Below are positions 26,789 through 36,620 of a stretch of DNA of 64,000 nucleotides, in pieces. The notes under the pieces are model-generated. The model was not told where the DNA came from. It made no database searches and saw only the letters and a program-made list of their open reading frames with translations. Every line of letters begins with the position of its first letter. Positions within the stretch are counted from its first letter, which is position 1. A program made the translations under genes and the position numbers. The stretch is from Chloroflexota bacterium (GTDB taxonomy: Bacteria; Chloroflexota; UBA11872), in contig CBDBOH010000003.1 in NCBI GenBank assembly GCA_965208215.1, forward strand, positions 1,470,880 through 1,534,879, in the 5' to 3' direction.

Positions 26789-27994
26789 TCAGCCCAGATA
26801 CTCCAGCAGCTTGTCCGTCACGGCGTCGGCAAAGGCCTCGTCGTTGACGGCGTGGTCCAGCTCATACACGGGAATGTCGTCGCGCACGTGTTGCTTGATG
26901 GCGTCGAACAACGCCTGGTCGGCCTCCGGCCAGTGGAACTCTTCGCCCGGCGCGCCCAGCAGCGACAGGCCCTGCAACGGCAGGAAGATCGCCGTTGGCG
27001 CCGACGACCCATTGGCCTTCTCGGCCAGGATGCGTCCCAACTCGGCGTTTTCCTCGGGGTTCGTGCGCATCAGGCTCACGTTGGGATTCCAGTAGTGGAA
27101 GCGGCGGCCCTCGAACTTGTCCGGAATCGTCTCCGGCCCCCAGAAATTCACCATGTCCAGGCAGCCCGGCGCGATCACCTGTGGGACTCCCTGCGCCGCC
27201 GCGGCCTCCAGCCGGTTGGGACCGGCCCCCATCACGCCGCCCACCAGTTCGTCGGCCCACTCGGTGGTCGTCACGTCCAGCACGCCGCTCGCGAACCCGC
27301 CGGCCACCACGTCTTCCATCGTTCGACCGCCCGTGCCGGTGGCGTGAAACACCAGCACCTCGTACCCCAGCGCGTCCAGCCGCTCGCGGCAGCGCTCCAC
27401 CGCCGGCGTCGTGTTGCCGAACATCGAGGCCGCGATCAGCGGCTTGTCCTCGATCTCGGGCGCGGCCGTCTCCGCCATCCCCACCACCGCGCCCACCGCG
27501 TTGGCGTAGATTCGCGCGCTGATCCGGTTCACCCCCGCCACGTCCACGATCGAGGGCACCATCACCACGTCCTTGGTGTCCACGTAGCCGCTGGTGTCGC
27601 CGGAGGCCACCGTGCTCACCATCACCTTGGGCACCCCGACGGGCAGGGCGCGCATGGCCGCGGTGCCCACCGCCGTTCCGGCGCTGCCGCCCATGCCCAG
27701 CACGCCGTCGATCCGGCCTTCGGCATGCAGCCGGCCCACGATCTCGGCCCCGCCCGTGGCCATGACGCCGATGGCCGTCCCGCGGTCGCCCTGCGCCCGC
27801 AGCTCGTCCAGGCCGGTTCCACCGGCTTCTGCGACCTGCGACGCCGGGATATCGGGTTCGAAGCCCGGCTCGCTGATCACGCCGCTATCGATCACCAGCG
27901 CCCGGTGACCCCGCCGCTCGATTTCGCGGCGCACGAAGGCGAACTCGCCGCCCTTCGTATCCAGCGCGCCGATCACGGCAATCGTTTTCGCCAT
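26789..27994 (-). CDS. UPF0261-family protein (homolog of Tm-1 N-terminal domain)
   Basis: MAKTIAVIGALDTKGGEFAFVRREIERRGH...; adjacent to its usual TIM-barrel partner. Confidence 0.65.
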   Translation of the reverse strand: MAKTIAVIGALDTKGGEFAFVRREIERRGHRALVIDSGVISEPGFEPDIPASQVAEAGGTGLDELRAQGDRGTAIGVMATGGAEIVGRLHAEGRIDGVLGMGGSAGTAVGTAAMRALPVGVPKVMVSTVASGDTSGYVDTKDVVMVPSIVDVAGVNRISARIYANAVGAVVGMAETAAPEIEDKPLIAASMFGNTTPAVERCRERLDALGYEVLVFHATGTGGRTMEDVVAGGFASGVLDVTTTEWADELVGGVMGAGPNRLEAAAAQGVPQVIAPGCLDMVNFWGPETIPDKFEGRRFHYWNPNVSLMRTNPEENAELGRILAEKANGSSAPTAIFLPLQGLSLLGAPGEEFHWPEADQALFDAIKQHVRDDIPVYELDHAVNDEAFADAVTDKLLEYLG

Positions 27995-28079
27995 CCCGCC
28001 ACTCCTCCGCGCCCTGCCGACGCGCCCCCGCCAGATACGCCGCTACTTTAGCCGGCCGAGGATTCTCCGGCCCGGCATC

Positions 28080-28706
28080 TCACGGATTGGGCGCCAGGTC
28101 GTCCACCACCAGCCGCGCCGCATTGAGTGCCACGGCGGTCAGCATGTCGTTGCGCAGGGGCCAGTCGGGAGGCAGCTCGGCGAACACGGCGTATGTTCCC
28201 GGCCTGGCCGGCTGCACGATCAACGCGTGGCCAAGCCAGACTGCTGGGACTGGATGCCACGCATTCCGTTCAAGCCGAAAGACGCTGGCACCCCCGGCGT
28301 CCGGCTGGACAAACGTCAGTCGAGCGGCGGGCGAGAGCTCAATGTCGCGACCGCCGCCGTCGCGTGCCGTGACGGTGAACGCTGGCGAGATACGCAGCAG
28401 GTTCGGTCCAGCGCCCGGCAGCGCCACATAGGTGGGTTGAGCCAGCAGCGTGACGTCGGCGCCCTCCGCCAGCACACGGGAATCTTCTTCAAGCGTTGCG
28501 TTCGAGAGTCGCAGCGCCAGCGGCGCCGGAGCCTCGCTGGACTTGGCGGCTGAGTCTGCACGGGGTGACTTCGACTCCGCTTCACGCAGCCGAACGTCCG
28601 GGGCCGTTTGAGCCCTCGCGGGCGCGGGGCGCGAGGACCAGGTGGCCGCAGCCGCCAGCAACACGATCAGTGCTGCCGCCATGCCTGCGATCAGCCAGCG
28701 GCTCAT
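28080..28706 (-). CDS. hypothetical membrane-anchored/secreted protein
   Basis: N-terminal TM/signal MSRWLIAGMAAALIVLLAAAATW; stop overlaps the next gene's start. Confidence 0.4.
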   Translation of the reverse strand: MSRWLIAGMAAALIVLLAAAATWSSRPAPARAQTAPDVRLREAESKSPRADSAAKSSEAPAPLALRLSNATLEEDSRVLAEGADVTLLAQPTYVALPGAGPNLLRISPAFTVTARDGGGRDIELSPAARLTFVQPDAGGASVFRLERNAWHPVPAVWLGHALIVQPARPGTYAVFAELPPDWPLRNDMLTAVALNAARLVVDDLAPNP

Positions 28707-30244
28707 GGCGGACTAAGTGTCCGAACGGTTGCCAGCACGTCGGCCGACCCGTCGCCCGTCACGTCGATGTCCACGGCCCACAGCGGCCGATCCGGCGGCC
28801 AAAACCCGGTGGCCAGCAAGGTGCTGGGCGACGCCTCCGTCGGAATCCCGGCCTGCCGACGCAGCGTCTCTCGGTACCAGGCGAACTGCCAGAGCCGGCG
28901 GTCGACAATCGTTACGTCGGTCCGTCCGCCCGGTGCATAGCGCGCATGCCAGAGGGGGAACGTCGCCCGGTCGTCCTCGGTCAGGAGCACGCTGTTGGGG
29001 TCGGCCTGGGCCAGCAGCGCGTGCGCGAACGCCCCGGCGTGGGTGGCGTCGCGCATGGAGACTGCGGGGGCCAGGTCGATTCCGCGGATCAGGGCCGTGG
29101 TCACCAGGACTGCCGCGAGCGTCCCGGCGACGAGGCGTCGAGCGCCGCCTCCTGCCAGCGATGCCAGTCGTCCGATCTCGCTGACGCTGAGCGCGGACCA
29201 GAGTGCCACCACGGCGAGGGCCGGCAGGATAAGAACCTCGTCGTCCCGCGAGGTATATAGGACGCCGACGATTAGGGCGCTAATCGCGATCCATCCCGTC
29301 GCCAGCGCGGCACACCCGTGCCGCCGGGTCAGGGACTCGCCGCCAAGCGCCAGCAGCGGCAGGAGCACCCACGTCAGCTGGCGCACGGGCTCGCCCAGCA
29401 GCCAGGCCGCCTTGGATGCCGCTGCGCCTATGTGTCCCGCTCCCAGGCGGGACTGGTAGATCTCGCCGCTCACGACCGACCAGAACCGCTCGGGTGTCGA
29501 CGGCGCGCCCCAATTGATCGGCGGATCCAGCGCCGCCGCGATGGGCAGATACGTGTAAACCATGCAGCCCACCGCGAAGCTTCCGGCGACCAGGCCGCCC
29601 CGGCGGACTGCCGCACGCCTCGTGCCGCCCTCGGACAGGAGAATCGCTGCCAGTGCCGGCAGGGCCAGCGCCACCGTCAGGTGGGCGCCCACCCCGATCC
29701 CCAGCAACATTCCCGACGCGGACGCCCAACGCCATCCGTCGCGACCTGCGTCCAGGCAGCCCCGCGCGCGAACCCCCGCGTACAGCGCGCTCCACAGGAA
29801 CAGGCTGGCCAGCGCGTAAACCTCCGTCACGATCGCGTTCGACCAGACCAGCGGCGCCAGCCCATACAGAGCCAGCACGGCCGATCCGCCAGCCGCCTCC
29901 GGCAGCGGCATCGCCGCGCCCGCGCTCGGACGTAATCGGGCGGCCAGCAGGCCCAGAGGTATCAGCGACCCGGCCGCCGCCAGCGCGGTCAGGACATTCA
30001 GCCGCAGCGCCAGGTCGCCCAGCGGGATTGCCCGCACCGCCAATCCCAGCAGCATCAGCGTCGGGTAGCCGGTGGGGTGCGGCACGCCGCCCACCGCCAC
30101 GGCGGCGGCCAGGTCGCCGCTGTCGATGCCCGTGCCCGACCACACGACCCCCGGCGCCAGCGTCAGCAGATAGGCAACCAGCACGCCCCCGGCCGCGCTC
30201 AGGCCAACCACGGCGCCTGCGAACCGATCGGCGATACCCGGCAT
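28703..30244 (-). CDS. DUF2723 (TMEM260-like) polytopic membrane protein, putative glycosyltransferase
   Basis: GVVWSGTGIDSGDLAAAVAVGGVPHPTGYPTLMLLG matches the DUF2723 N-terminal signature; many TM segments. Confidence 0.55.
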   Translation of the reverse strand: MPGIADRFAGAVVGLSAAGGVLVAYLLTLAPGVVWSGTGIDSGDLAAAVAVGGVPHPTGYPTLMLLGLAVRAIPLGDLALRLNVLTALAAAGSLIPLGLLAARLRPSAGAAMPLPEAAGGSAVLALYGLAPLVWSNAIVTEVYALASLFLWSALYAGVRARGCLDAGRDGWRWASASGMLLGIGVGAHLTVALALPALAAILLSEGGTRRAAVRRGGLVAGSFAVGCMVYTYLPIAAALDPPINWGAPSTPERFWSVVSGEIYQSRLGAGHIGAAASKAAWLLGEPVRQLTWVLLPLLALGGESLTRRHGCAALATGWIAISALIVGVLYTSRDDEVLILPALAVVALWSALSVSEIGRLASLAGGGARRLVAGTLAAVLVTTALIRGIDLAPAVSMRDATHAGAFAHALLAQADPNSVLLTEDDRATFPLWHARYAPGGRTDVTIVDRRLWQFAWYRETLRRQAGIPTEASPSTLLATGFWPPDRPLWAVDIDVTGDGSADVLATVRTLSPP

Positions 30245-30251
30245 CCGGCGA

Positions 30252-32015
30252 CTACGTCAGCGCCCGCCGGCGCAAGATCCGGCCCAGGCGGGTCAGGTCC
30301 GAACGGGCGTCCGGCGCCTCAAGCAACGAAATCCCGGCAAACGCGGTGAAGATCGGGTCGGGGATTCCGTGGTCGGCGAAGACGAACCAGCGCTCGACGC
30401 CCAGTTGTCGGCCGCGCGTCTCCAGCCAGTCCAGCGCCTCGCCCAGAAAGGCCTCGATGAGATCGGTTCGAAATCGCCCCGCGGGCGCGACCAGCAGCTC
30501 GCCGTCCGGTCCCGCCTCCACCCGCCAGTCGTCGTAACCCCAGATGATCGCGAACTCGGTCAGCCAGATGGGACGCCCCCGGTGCGCGGGGATTGCGTCC
30601 AGGTAGCCCCGCAGGCCCTCCAGCTGCGCCTGCAACACCGATACGTCCGTCATCGGCGGATCAATCCAGTCAATCTCGTAGGCGTGGATGCCCCAGATGT
30701 CGATCGGCGGCTCCGTGCCGCGCAGCTCGCGGTAGGCCGCGCGAAACCCGTCGATCCACGCGCGACCCGTCGGGTCGTCGCCCGCGCAGCCCCGGCAGCG
30801 GAAGTCGAAGTTCAGCGTGTTCGGCGCCACGATGCGGGCCGACGGATCGCCGGCCCGGATGGCCGTCACCACCCGGTCGAAGAACGCCGCGTAGGCACCG
30901 GGGCTTAAGTTGTCCTGGAGTCCCGTATTGGGCTCGTTGCCAATAGCCCAGGCTGCCCCGGGATGCCGCGCCGCCTGCGCCCGCAGTTCGGCGGCCGACG
31001 GTTCGTTGCTCGGCCGAACGACGGCTAGCTTCTCTGTCCCCGGCGGCGCGTCGTCCAGCCTGGCGGTGTAGTCCAGGTAGCTGCGCACGCCGGTCCGCGC
31101 CAGCGCGTTGCGCACGCCGCCGGGTACGTGCCCATGCAGGGCAATCACGCCGTAGCGCGGGTCGCCCGCGGGCGGCCAGGGTGTTGACTCGGTCCAGGGT
31201 CGGAACGCGTGCGTCAGGTCGGTGCCGGGGATCGATCCGGGATCGCGCGTGTCCAGCGGCAGGCCGGGCGCGTACTGTCGGTGCAGTGGGTTCGCGGCCG
31301 CGGCCAGGCTGGCGCTTAGCCGATCGCCGGTAATCAGCGACTTGAGGTGGTCACCCAACAACAGCCCGCCGGTGGCGCCGGTGGAAGCGTCGAAATGCAT
31401 GACCCCCCGCTGAAATCGCTGATAGATGAAGCTGGCATTGGCCGGATCGGGTTGCGGCCGGCTGAGCGGGAGGCCCCAGATTTCAAGCGCCGCCAGTTCC
31501 CGCAGGTGCTCGGGAGTCGCATCTGGCGCCGCCGCCAGAAACTCGCGCAGAAAGCCGACGTCCCGGGCCTGCCAGTGATCGCGGACGTACGCCCGAATGA
31601 ACGCACGGACAGCGTCCGCATATCCCGCTGCCCCAACCTGCGGGGCCGACGAGGCCAGACCATGGTCGATTGCCGGGATCGTGAGCCCGCCGAAGCGCCG
31701 ATAGTCCAGGTACGGCGCCTGCAGGATGTTCAGCCCGCGCGGCGAGCCGTTGGATCCGATCTGAACGACTTGCCGCTGAAAGAACTGAACGTCGAACCCG
31801 TAGAGCGAGAAGACGTTGCTGATCGGGAACCCGAACGTGTCCACGCCGCCGCGAGACTCGAAATAGGCGCGGATCTCGGGATTCCAGACGCCGAAGCCGG
31901 TTTCCGGAAAAAACGAGCCGTCGTGCTCGTCAGCGTGCGCCGAGCCCCCCGTTGCGGCCGTCAGCAGGGCAGCAAAGGCGGCGAGTATTGCCCACGTGCG
32001 CAGACTCCGCCCCAT
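30252..32015 (-). CDS. secreted glycoside-hydrolase-like protein (clan GH-A-like C-terminal domain) with LGFP-like N-terminal repeats
   Basis: Signal peptide MGRSLRTWAILAAFAALLTAATGGSAHA. FPETGFGVWNPEIRAYFESRGGVDTFGFPIS repeat. C-terminal ...IWGIHAYE...GRPIWLTEFAI (TEF catalytic-Glu-like motif). Confidence 0.45.
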   Translation of the reverse strand: MGRSLRTWAILAAFAALLTAATGGSAHADEHDGSFFPETGFGVWNPEIRAYFESRGGVDTFGFPISNVFSLYGFDVQFFQRQVVQIGSNGSPRGLNILQAPYLDYRRFGGLTIPAIDHGLASSAPQVGAAGYADAVRAFIRAYVRDHWQARDVGFLREFLAAAPDATPEHLRELAALEIWGLPLSRPQPDPANASFIYQRFQRGVMHFDASTGATGGLLLGDHLKSLITGDRLSASLAAAANPLHRQYAPGLPLDTRDPGSIPGTDLTHAFRPWTESTPWPPAGDPRYGVIALHGHVPGGVRNALARTGVRSYLDYTARLDDAPPGTEKLAVVRPSNEPSAAELRAQAARHPGAAWAIGNEPNTGLQDNLSPGAYAAFFDRVVTAIRAGDPSARIVAPNTLNFDFRCRGCAGDDPTGRAWIDGFRAAYRELRGTEPPIDIWGIHAYEIDWIDPPMTDVSVLQAQLEGLRGYLDAIPAHRGRPIWLTEFAIIWGYDDWRVEAGPDGELLVAPAGRFRTDLIEAFLGEALDWLETRGRQLGVERWFVFADHGIPDPIFTAFAGISLLEAPDARSDLTRLGRILRRRALT

Positions 32016-32053
32016 AATTCGGCGCCCCCGCGTCGGGGCAGGACAACTGCTAT

Positions 32054-33223
32054 TTACGGCGATTCCGCAGTTTCGCGGCGGTTGGCCGCCAGCATGGCCA
32101 TGAACTCACGTCCGATCGGGCGGATGGTCACTTCGCCGGTGGCGTCGTTCAGCCGGAGTTTCAGGTGCTGGAAGTACTGATCGGTGAAGCCGGGCGCCGC
32201 CGGTTGGGCTTCGGTGATCGGATACCCCAGCACGTCGGCCCCGCCCAGGGCCAGGAATCTGGTAAGCAACGGGCCGTCCACGTTGTGCCCCGTCTGCGGG
32301 AAATAGCGTCCCTCGCCGGTGTTCGTGACTGGCGGATCGGGACCGACGAAGGTCCCGCTCTCACCGCGAACCCAGTGCGAAACGAGCACCGGCTGAATCT
32401 CGTATCCGGTGCCAAGCAGTTCGGGGTGGTATCCCAACACGCCGTTGGCACAGATCTGTAGGTACACGCCGGACCCGGTTGAAGCCTCGACAATCCTTCC
32501 GGCCGGTCCCACGGCGGCGAAGAATCCGTGGGTGAGGCACGGCCCCCAGGTGAGCGCGCCCCCGGTCGATGCGTAGAACGCGCCAAACTCCGGAAGAACC
32601 GGCTTCGTTACGGTCCCCACCACGAATGTGCCCGGCTCCGAGAACACGAACTCCACGCAAACCGCCCCACGGTCCAGCTGTGCACCCACAAGACGACCGG
32701 GACTGACGACCAGCGACTCGAGGTCCACTCCGGGCGGCTTCGCGGATTCCGGGAAGCAGATCCTGGCCAGCTGCGCGCGCGTCAGCGACTCCGGCAGCGT
32801 GCCCCGTCCGGTGGCGCCGATGCTGATTTGGACACCGATCAGGGGCTGCCCACCGCGTGTCGCGTCGATGAACCGATCGGCAGCCGAGGGGGTGGCCACT
32901 GGCATTCGCCGGTGGCCGGGGATGGACTCCCGCGCGAGTACATCAAGAAGCCGTACGTCCGATCGCGACTGATCGTACGTCTGCGCGCCGCGCGTAAACG
33001 GGCCTACAAAGACCTTGAGCTTCTCCGGGGGTGGCTCTGGGGTTGGCACGTGTGGCGTGAGCGCAGGACCCGTTTGGCCAATCGCTGGTTCGGGGCGGGA
33101 GGTAATGGCGATCGCGGCGATGCCCAGCGACACGGCGACGATGATCCATCCGGCAAGCGCGCGGCTGGCTCTAGCAGGAGGCGTGGCCCGCGGTGAAACA
33201 CCGTCCGTCGACCTATGGCCCAT
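32054..33223 (-). CDS. hypothetical secreted protein with LGFP-like repeat
   Basis: N-terminal TM, then ...GEGRYFPQTGHNVDGPLLTRFLALGGADVLGYPITEA (same repeat type as the neighbour). Confidence 0.4.
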   Translation of the reverse strand: MGHRSTDGVSPRATPPARASRALAGWIIVAVSLGIAAIAITSRPEPAIGQTGPALTPHVPTPEPPPEKLKVFVGPFTRGAQTYDQSRSDVRLLDVLARESIPGHRRMPVATPSAADRFIDATRGGQPLIGVQISIGATGRGTLPESLTRAQLARICFPESAKPPGVDLESLVVSPGRLVGAQLDRGAVCVEFVFSEPGTFVVGTVTKPVLPEFGAFYASTGGALTWGPCLTHGFFAAVGPAGRIVEASTGSGVYLQICANGVLGYHPELLGTGYEIQPVLVSHWVRGESGTFVGPDPPVTNTGEGRYFPQTGHNVDGPLLTRFLALGGADVLGYPITEAQPAAPGFTDQYFQHLKLRLNDATGEVTIRPIGREFMAMLAANRRETAESP

Positions 33224-34085
33224 GCGTCGCTGCCTGTGCGCCTGCGGTCCGCGACAGCCGCTGGATCAGGGATCGGCCCCAGCCATCCGTGACCTGGCTG
33301 CCCCAGACCAGGACGACGGTAAGCACGGTCCGCGCACGCACGGCAGTCCATTGCTCTATTTCGGTCGGCACGCGACTTCCATCCAAGGCTGCGAACCATC
33401 CGGCTTGCAGCGTGCGGGTTGCCGTGAAGTCCGGAGCGATTTCGTGGGTGGACAGGTGGGATTGCCTCAATTCAGCGGCAAGACCAAGCCACTTCGCCGA
33501 TCCATCGGTCGCCGCGACGTCAGGTCCATTGGCCGTACCGCTGGCTGCCGCGAATCGAAACGCGGACGCGCTGCTGGAGTGCCGGGAAACTCGGATAACA
33601 GCCGCCAATGGACCATCCCGCTCGACCCGTTCGTCGGGCAGCTTGGCGCGCTCGCTGTATCCGAAGGCGACCAGGGCAACGTTGCTCTGGCCCAGTCCGC
33701 CAGCGCTGGTCGTCGAGTCAAATCTTTCGGCGAAGAGTTCGAAATAATTCAGACCCAGATCTTCGGCGGTCGGCAAACGCAGCGGCGCTGGGATCAGAGG
33801 GTCCGACTCGGACTTGGGCGAGGCATCGCGCGACACATCCACGCTGGGCTGAGATTGCGCCGGCGGACTGGATTCGACTGGCGCCAACGCGCGCGATTCG
33901 TCGACACGACGCCATGTGGCCACGGACGTCCCCGGAGCCGACGGTCCTCGGGTCGGCTTGGCGGGCAACTGGACTACGGATGTCGGCGTGACATGCGGCC
34001 CGGCCTCAGCCAAAGCACAGGCCGCTAGCACTGTAGCTGCGCCCAGAGTCACCAGGCACCGCACCCCCAGCCTCGGCAGGGTCAA
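33213..34085 (-). CDS. hypothetical lipoprotein/secreted protein
   Basis: MTLPRLGVRCLVTLGAATVLAACALAEAG signal/lipobox-like N-terminus. Confidence 0.35.
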   Translation of the reverse strand: MTLPRLGVRCLVTLGAATVLAACALAEAGPHVTPTSVVQLPAKPTRGPSAPGTSVATWRRVDESRALAPVESSPPAQSQPSVDVSRDASPKSESDPLIPAPLRLPTAEDLGLNYFELFAERFDSTTSAGGLGQSNVALVAFGYSERAKLPDERVERDGPLAAVIRVSRHSSSASAFRFAAASGTANGPDVAATDGSAKWLGLAAELRQSHLSTHEIAPDFTATRTLQAGWFAALDGSRVPTEIEQWTAVRARTVLTVVLVWGSQVTDGWGRSLIQRLSRTAGAQAATHGP

Positions 34086-35905
34086 GTTCTCGGACTCCGA
34101 AGCGACAGATCGGTCGACAGCCGCCCTTCAAATAGTCGTTGCTGCGGCGTCTCAACTACTAGCCGATGGCCGTCAGTTCCGGGCTGTTTGGGGATGTGAA
34201 TGGCGTAGCCGCTGGCGCTCCAACGGGTCGGCAAATGAGGGGGCAACCAGTAGCGAAACTGCACCCTTTGACGTGTGCCGGCGGCCAGGTCCAGAAAGCC
34301 GGCGAACTCAGTGAGCCCATCCACCAGGCGGGCTGACTGAGGGTCGGTCAGCCCCGAGACTGAAGTGAGCCGTGTCCCGGCCGGGACGTAGACCCGCAGA
34401 TAATTCGCCAGCTGGCCGTTGGGGTCCGCCGGCGGGTTTCCGTTGACGTACTCGAGCGTCAGCGTTGCGCGTCCGGTCCTGGGATTCGCGTGGTAGTGCA
34501 CGGCCTGTTCGATCGATCGGAATGGCGCGCCGTGATCGATCTGTGCGTCGACTACGTACACCAGGTCGTCACGTACAGCGGGCAGACGTCCACCCGCACC
34601 GACGCTATCCACCAGGTGCTGTGCAGCGATGTCCTCAAACGCGGCCATGAGGTGCTTTTCGGCCACCATCGCCTGGACGGCACCAATGACCGCCTGCGGA
34701 TTGGTTCGAAGGCGGTCGGTGGTCGCCTCTGTCAGGGCGGCGGTCAGCGCGGCATAGAACGGTCGCGAACTGAACCAGGCACGCCGTTCGCCGGTTGAGT
34801 GGGCAAAGTGTTCCAGCACCGTGTAGGCGTTGTCGGTGGTCACGTGCACGTTGTGGCCCGGCACTTCCACCGGACCAATGGCGGCCAGCAGGATGCCCAG
34901 CGCCTGCTGGTCGAAGGCGAGCACGCCGTCCACCGGTTCAACGCCGTTAAGCGCCAGAAATCGCTGGATCTCGTCGGCCGACACTCGAAAGTCGGGATGC
35001 CAGTTGGCATCGCGCAGGTTCCAGTCGCGCATGCCCTGGTAGCGGCGGAAGGGTGGCGGCGGAGGAACGCGCGGTCGGGTCGGGTCCTCGATCAGGTAGC
35101 TGCGCAGGTAGGTGAGGTCGCGCAGTTCGCCTTCCTCGAACGTTACGAACGCGACATTTCCAATGAAGCCACCAGTCGGCCGCAGTTCGTCACTCTTCTG
35201 CGCCAACAGCAGGTAGCGACGTGGCGTCGGAGAGCCCAACGCCTGGGGTGCCAGCAAGGCGGCCTGGAGCGCGGCGCGCAAGTTCTCGATCGTGTGCCGT
35301 AGCGCGGCCGTGCGCCGCTCGTCGATGACGCTTCGCGTCGACTTGGGCATGGCGTCCAGCTGTTGGCTGGCTCGTTCGACGCCGGCGAGCTGCGCGCGAA
35401 TTGTGTCGCGCTCGTCGTTCAGAGCGGTAATGAGCGCCGGCAGCGGCTCGACTGGCGAGTCATCGCTCGTCAGGCGATCAGTCAGCTTTGCCGCGAGGTC
35501 CAACGACGAGGCGCCTGCCGAACTGAGGTCCATGTGAACAGCCAGCAACGTCTGGGCTGCCTCGACTCGGCTCCCAAGCAGCGGGATAGCGGAGGCGGCG
35601 GTCAGGACTGGTCGATAGCGCTCCGCTTGGCGGTCGATGGCGACCAGTCGCGCCGTCGCGGACTTGAGCGCGTCGCTGCTGGCTCGCAGGTCGGCAGCGC
35701 CGGCAATGCCGCCGTCGACTTGCCAGCGGACATTGCTGATCGAATCAACAGCGGCCCCGGCGTCCGCGGCGAGGCGGGTGAGGTCAAACGCAGCCAGCGC
35801 GAGAAGCACCAGCACCGCGGCAACTGCCAGTAGCGTCGGTCGCCGCCGTGGCCGCGAAGGCGTGGCGACTGCGTCGTGTTCGAGCACGTTTCTAGGCAGC
35901 GCCAC
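34082..35905 (-). CDS. DUF4012 domain-containing membrane protein (polysaccharide-cluster associated)
   Basis: N-terminal TM; KSDELRPTGGFIGNVAFV matches DUF4012 E.RP.GGFIG signature. Confidence 0.65.
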   Translation of the reverse strand: MALPRNVLEHDAVATPSRPRRRPTLLAVAAVLVLLALAAFDLTRLAADAGAAVDSISNVRWQVDGGIAGAADLRASSDALKSATARLVAIDRQAERYRPVLTAASAIPLLGSRVEAAQTLLAVHMDLSSAGASSLDLAAKLTDRLTSDDSPVEPLPALITALNDERDTIRAQLAGVERASQQLDAMPKSTRSVIDERRTAALRHTIENLRAALQAALLAPQALGSPTPRRYLLLAQKSDELRPTGGFIGNVAFVTFEEGELRDLTYLRSYLIEDPTRPRVPPPPPFRRYQGMRDWNLRDANWHPDFRVSADEIQRFLALNGVEPVDGVLAFDQQALGILLAAIGPVEVPGHNVHVTTDNAYTVLEHFAHSTGERRAWFSSRPFYAALTAALTEATTDRLRTNPQAVIGAVQAMVAEKHLMAAFEDIAAQHLVDSVGAGGRLPAVRDDLVYVVDAQIDHGAPFRSIEQAVHYHANPRTGRATLTLEYVNGNPPADPNGQLANYLRVYVPAGTRLTSVSGLTDPQSARLVDGLTEFAGFLDLAAGTRQRVQFRYWLPPHLPTRWSASGYAIHIPKQPGTDGHRLVVETPQQRLFEGRLSTDLSLRSPRT

Positions 35906-36500
35906 GGCGAGAGAGGACGGCCGGGACGGTGCGTAGCAGGATCGTCAGGTCGAGCGTGAGCGATCGACGCCGGATGTAAAGCAGATCGGTCGCGACCAGC
36001 CGGCAAAACGGCGCTTGTCCACGAGAGGTGACCTGCTGCAGGCCGGTGAGACCGGGCCGTACGGTCAGGCGACGCCTGGCTCGGGCGTTGTAGTGCCTGA
36101 ATTCGTACGTCAGGGGCGGACGTGGTCCCACAAGGCTCATTTCGCCCCGCAGCACGTTCAGCAGCTGCGGAGTTTCGTCGAGACTCCAGATTCGCAGCAG
36201 ACGTCCCACGCGAGTTAGTCGCGGATCATCCGTCAGCTTTCCCGAGTTGTGCGTCCCCCGGATGTACTGGAAGGCGAAGGATTCATGCGGCGCGGTCGGC
36301 GCTCCGGCCCGCATACTTCGGAACTTGTAGTAGCGGAATGGCCGGCAGCCACGCCCAAGGACAGTCGCGCTGTAGAGCACTGGGCCCGGCGAGTCGAGCT
36401 TGATTAGGCCCGCGATCAGCAGCCACACCGGCAGGCCGACAACGAGCAGGAACAGGGCAAAAGCGACATCGAGAGCGCGTTTGACGAATTCGTACAGCAC
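35892..36500 (-). CDS. bacterial sugar transferase (polyprenyl-phosphate glycosyl-1-phosphate transferase, WbaP C-terminal-domain type)
   Basis: RALDVAFALFLLVVGLPVWLLIAGLIKLDSPGPVLYSATVLGRGCRPFRYYKFRSM...SLVGPRP. Confidence 0.8.
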   Translation of the reverse strand: MLYEFVKRALDVAFALFLLVVGLPVWLLIAGLIKLDSPGPVLYSATVLGRGCRPFRYYKFRSMRAGAPTAPHESFAFQYIRGTHNSGKLTDDPRLTRVGRLLRIWSLDETPQLLNVLRGEMSLVGPRPPLTYEFRHYNARARRRLTVRPGLTGLQQVTSRGQAPFCRLVATDLLYIRRRSLTLDLTILLRTVPAVLSRRGAA

Positions 36501-36620
36501 GTTCGGGCGGCCTGCGGCGACGGTGACTGTCCACCTCGCGCCGCGCGGGGTGCGGGTTCGGCCGCCCGAACATCCGGGGTCGGATGTTGCCCTGAACCGG
36601 TCGGGTTCGCCGCTAGTCTG

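Noticed and set aside
25063-28051. Long + strand ORFs 25063..26592 (509 aa) and 25751..28051 (766 aa)
   Set aside because: Antisense to the well-supported ThuA / TIM-barrel / UPF0261 genes; translations are Arg/Pro/His-rich with no recognisable motifs. Typical high-GC shadow ORFs.
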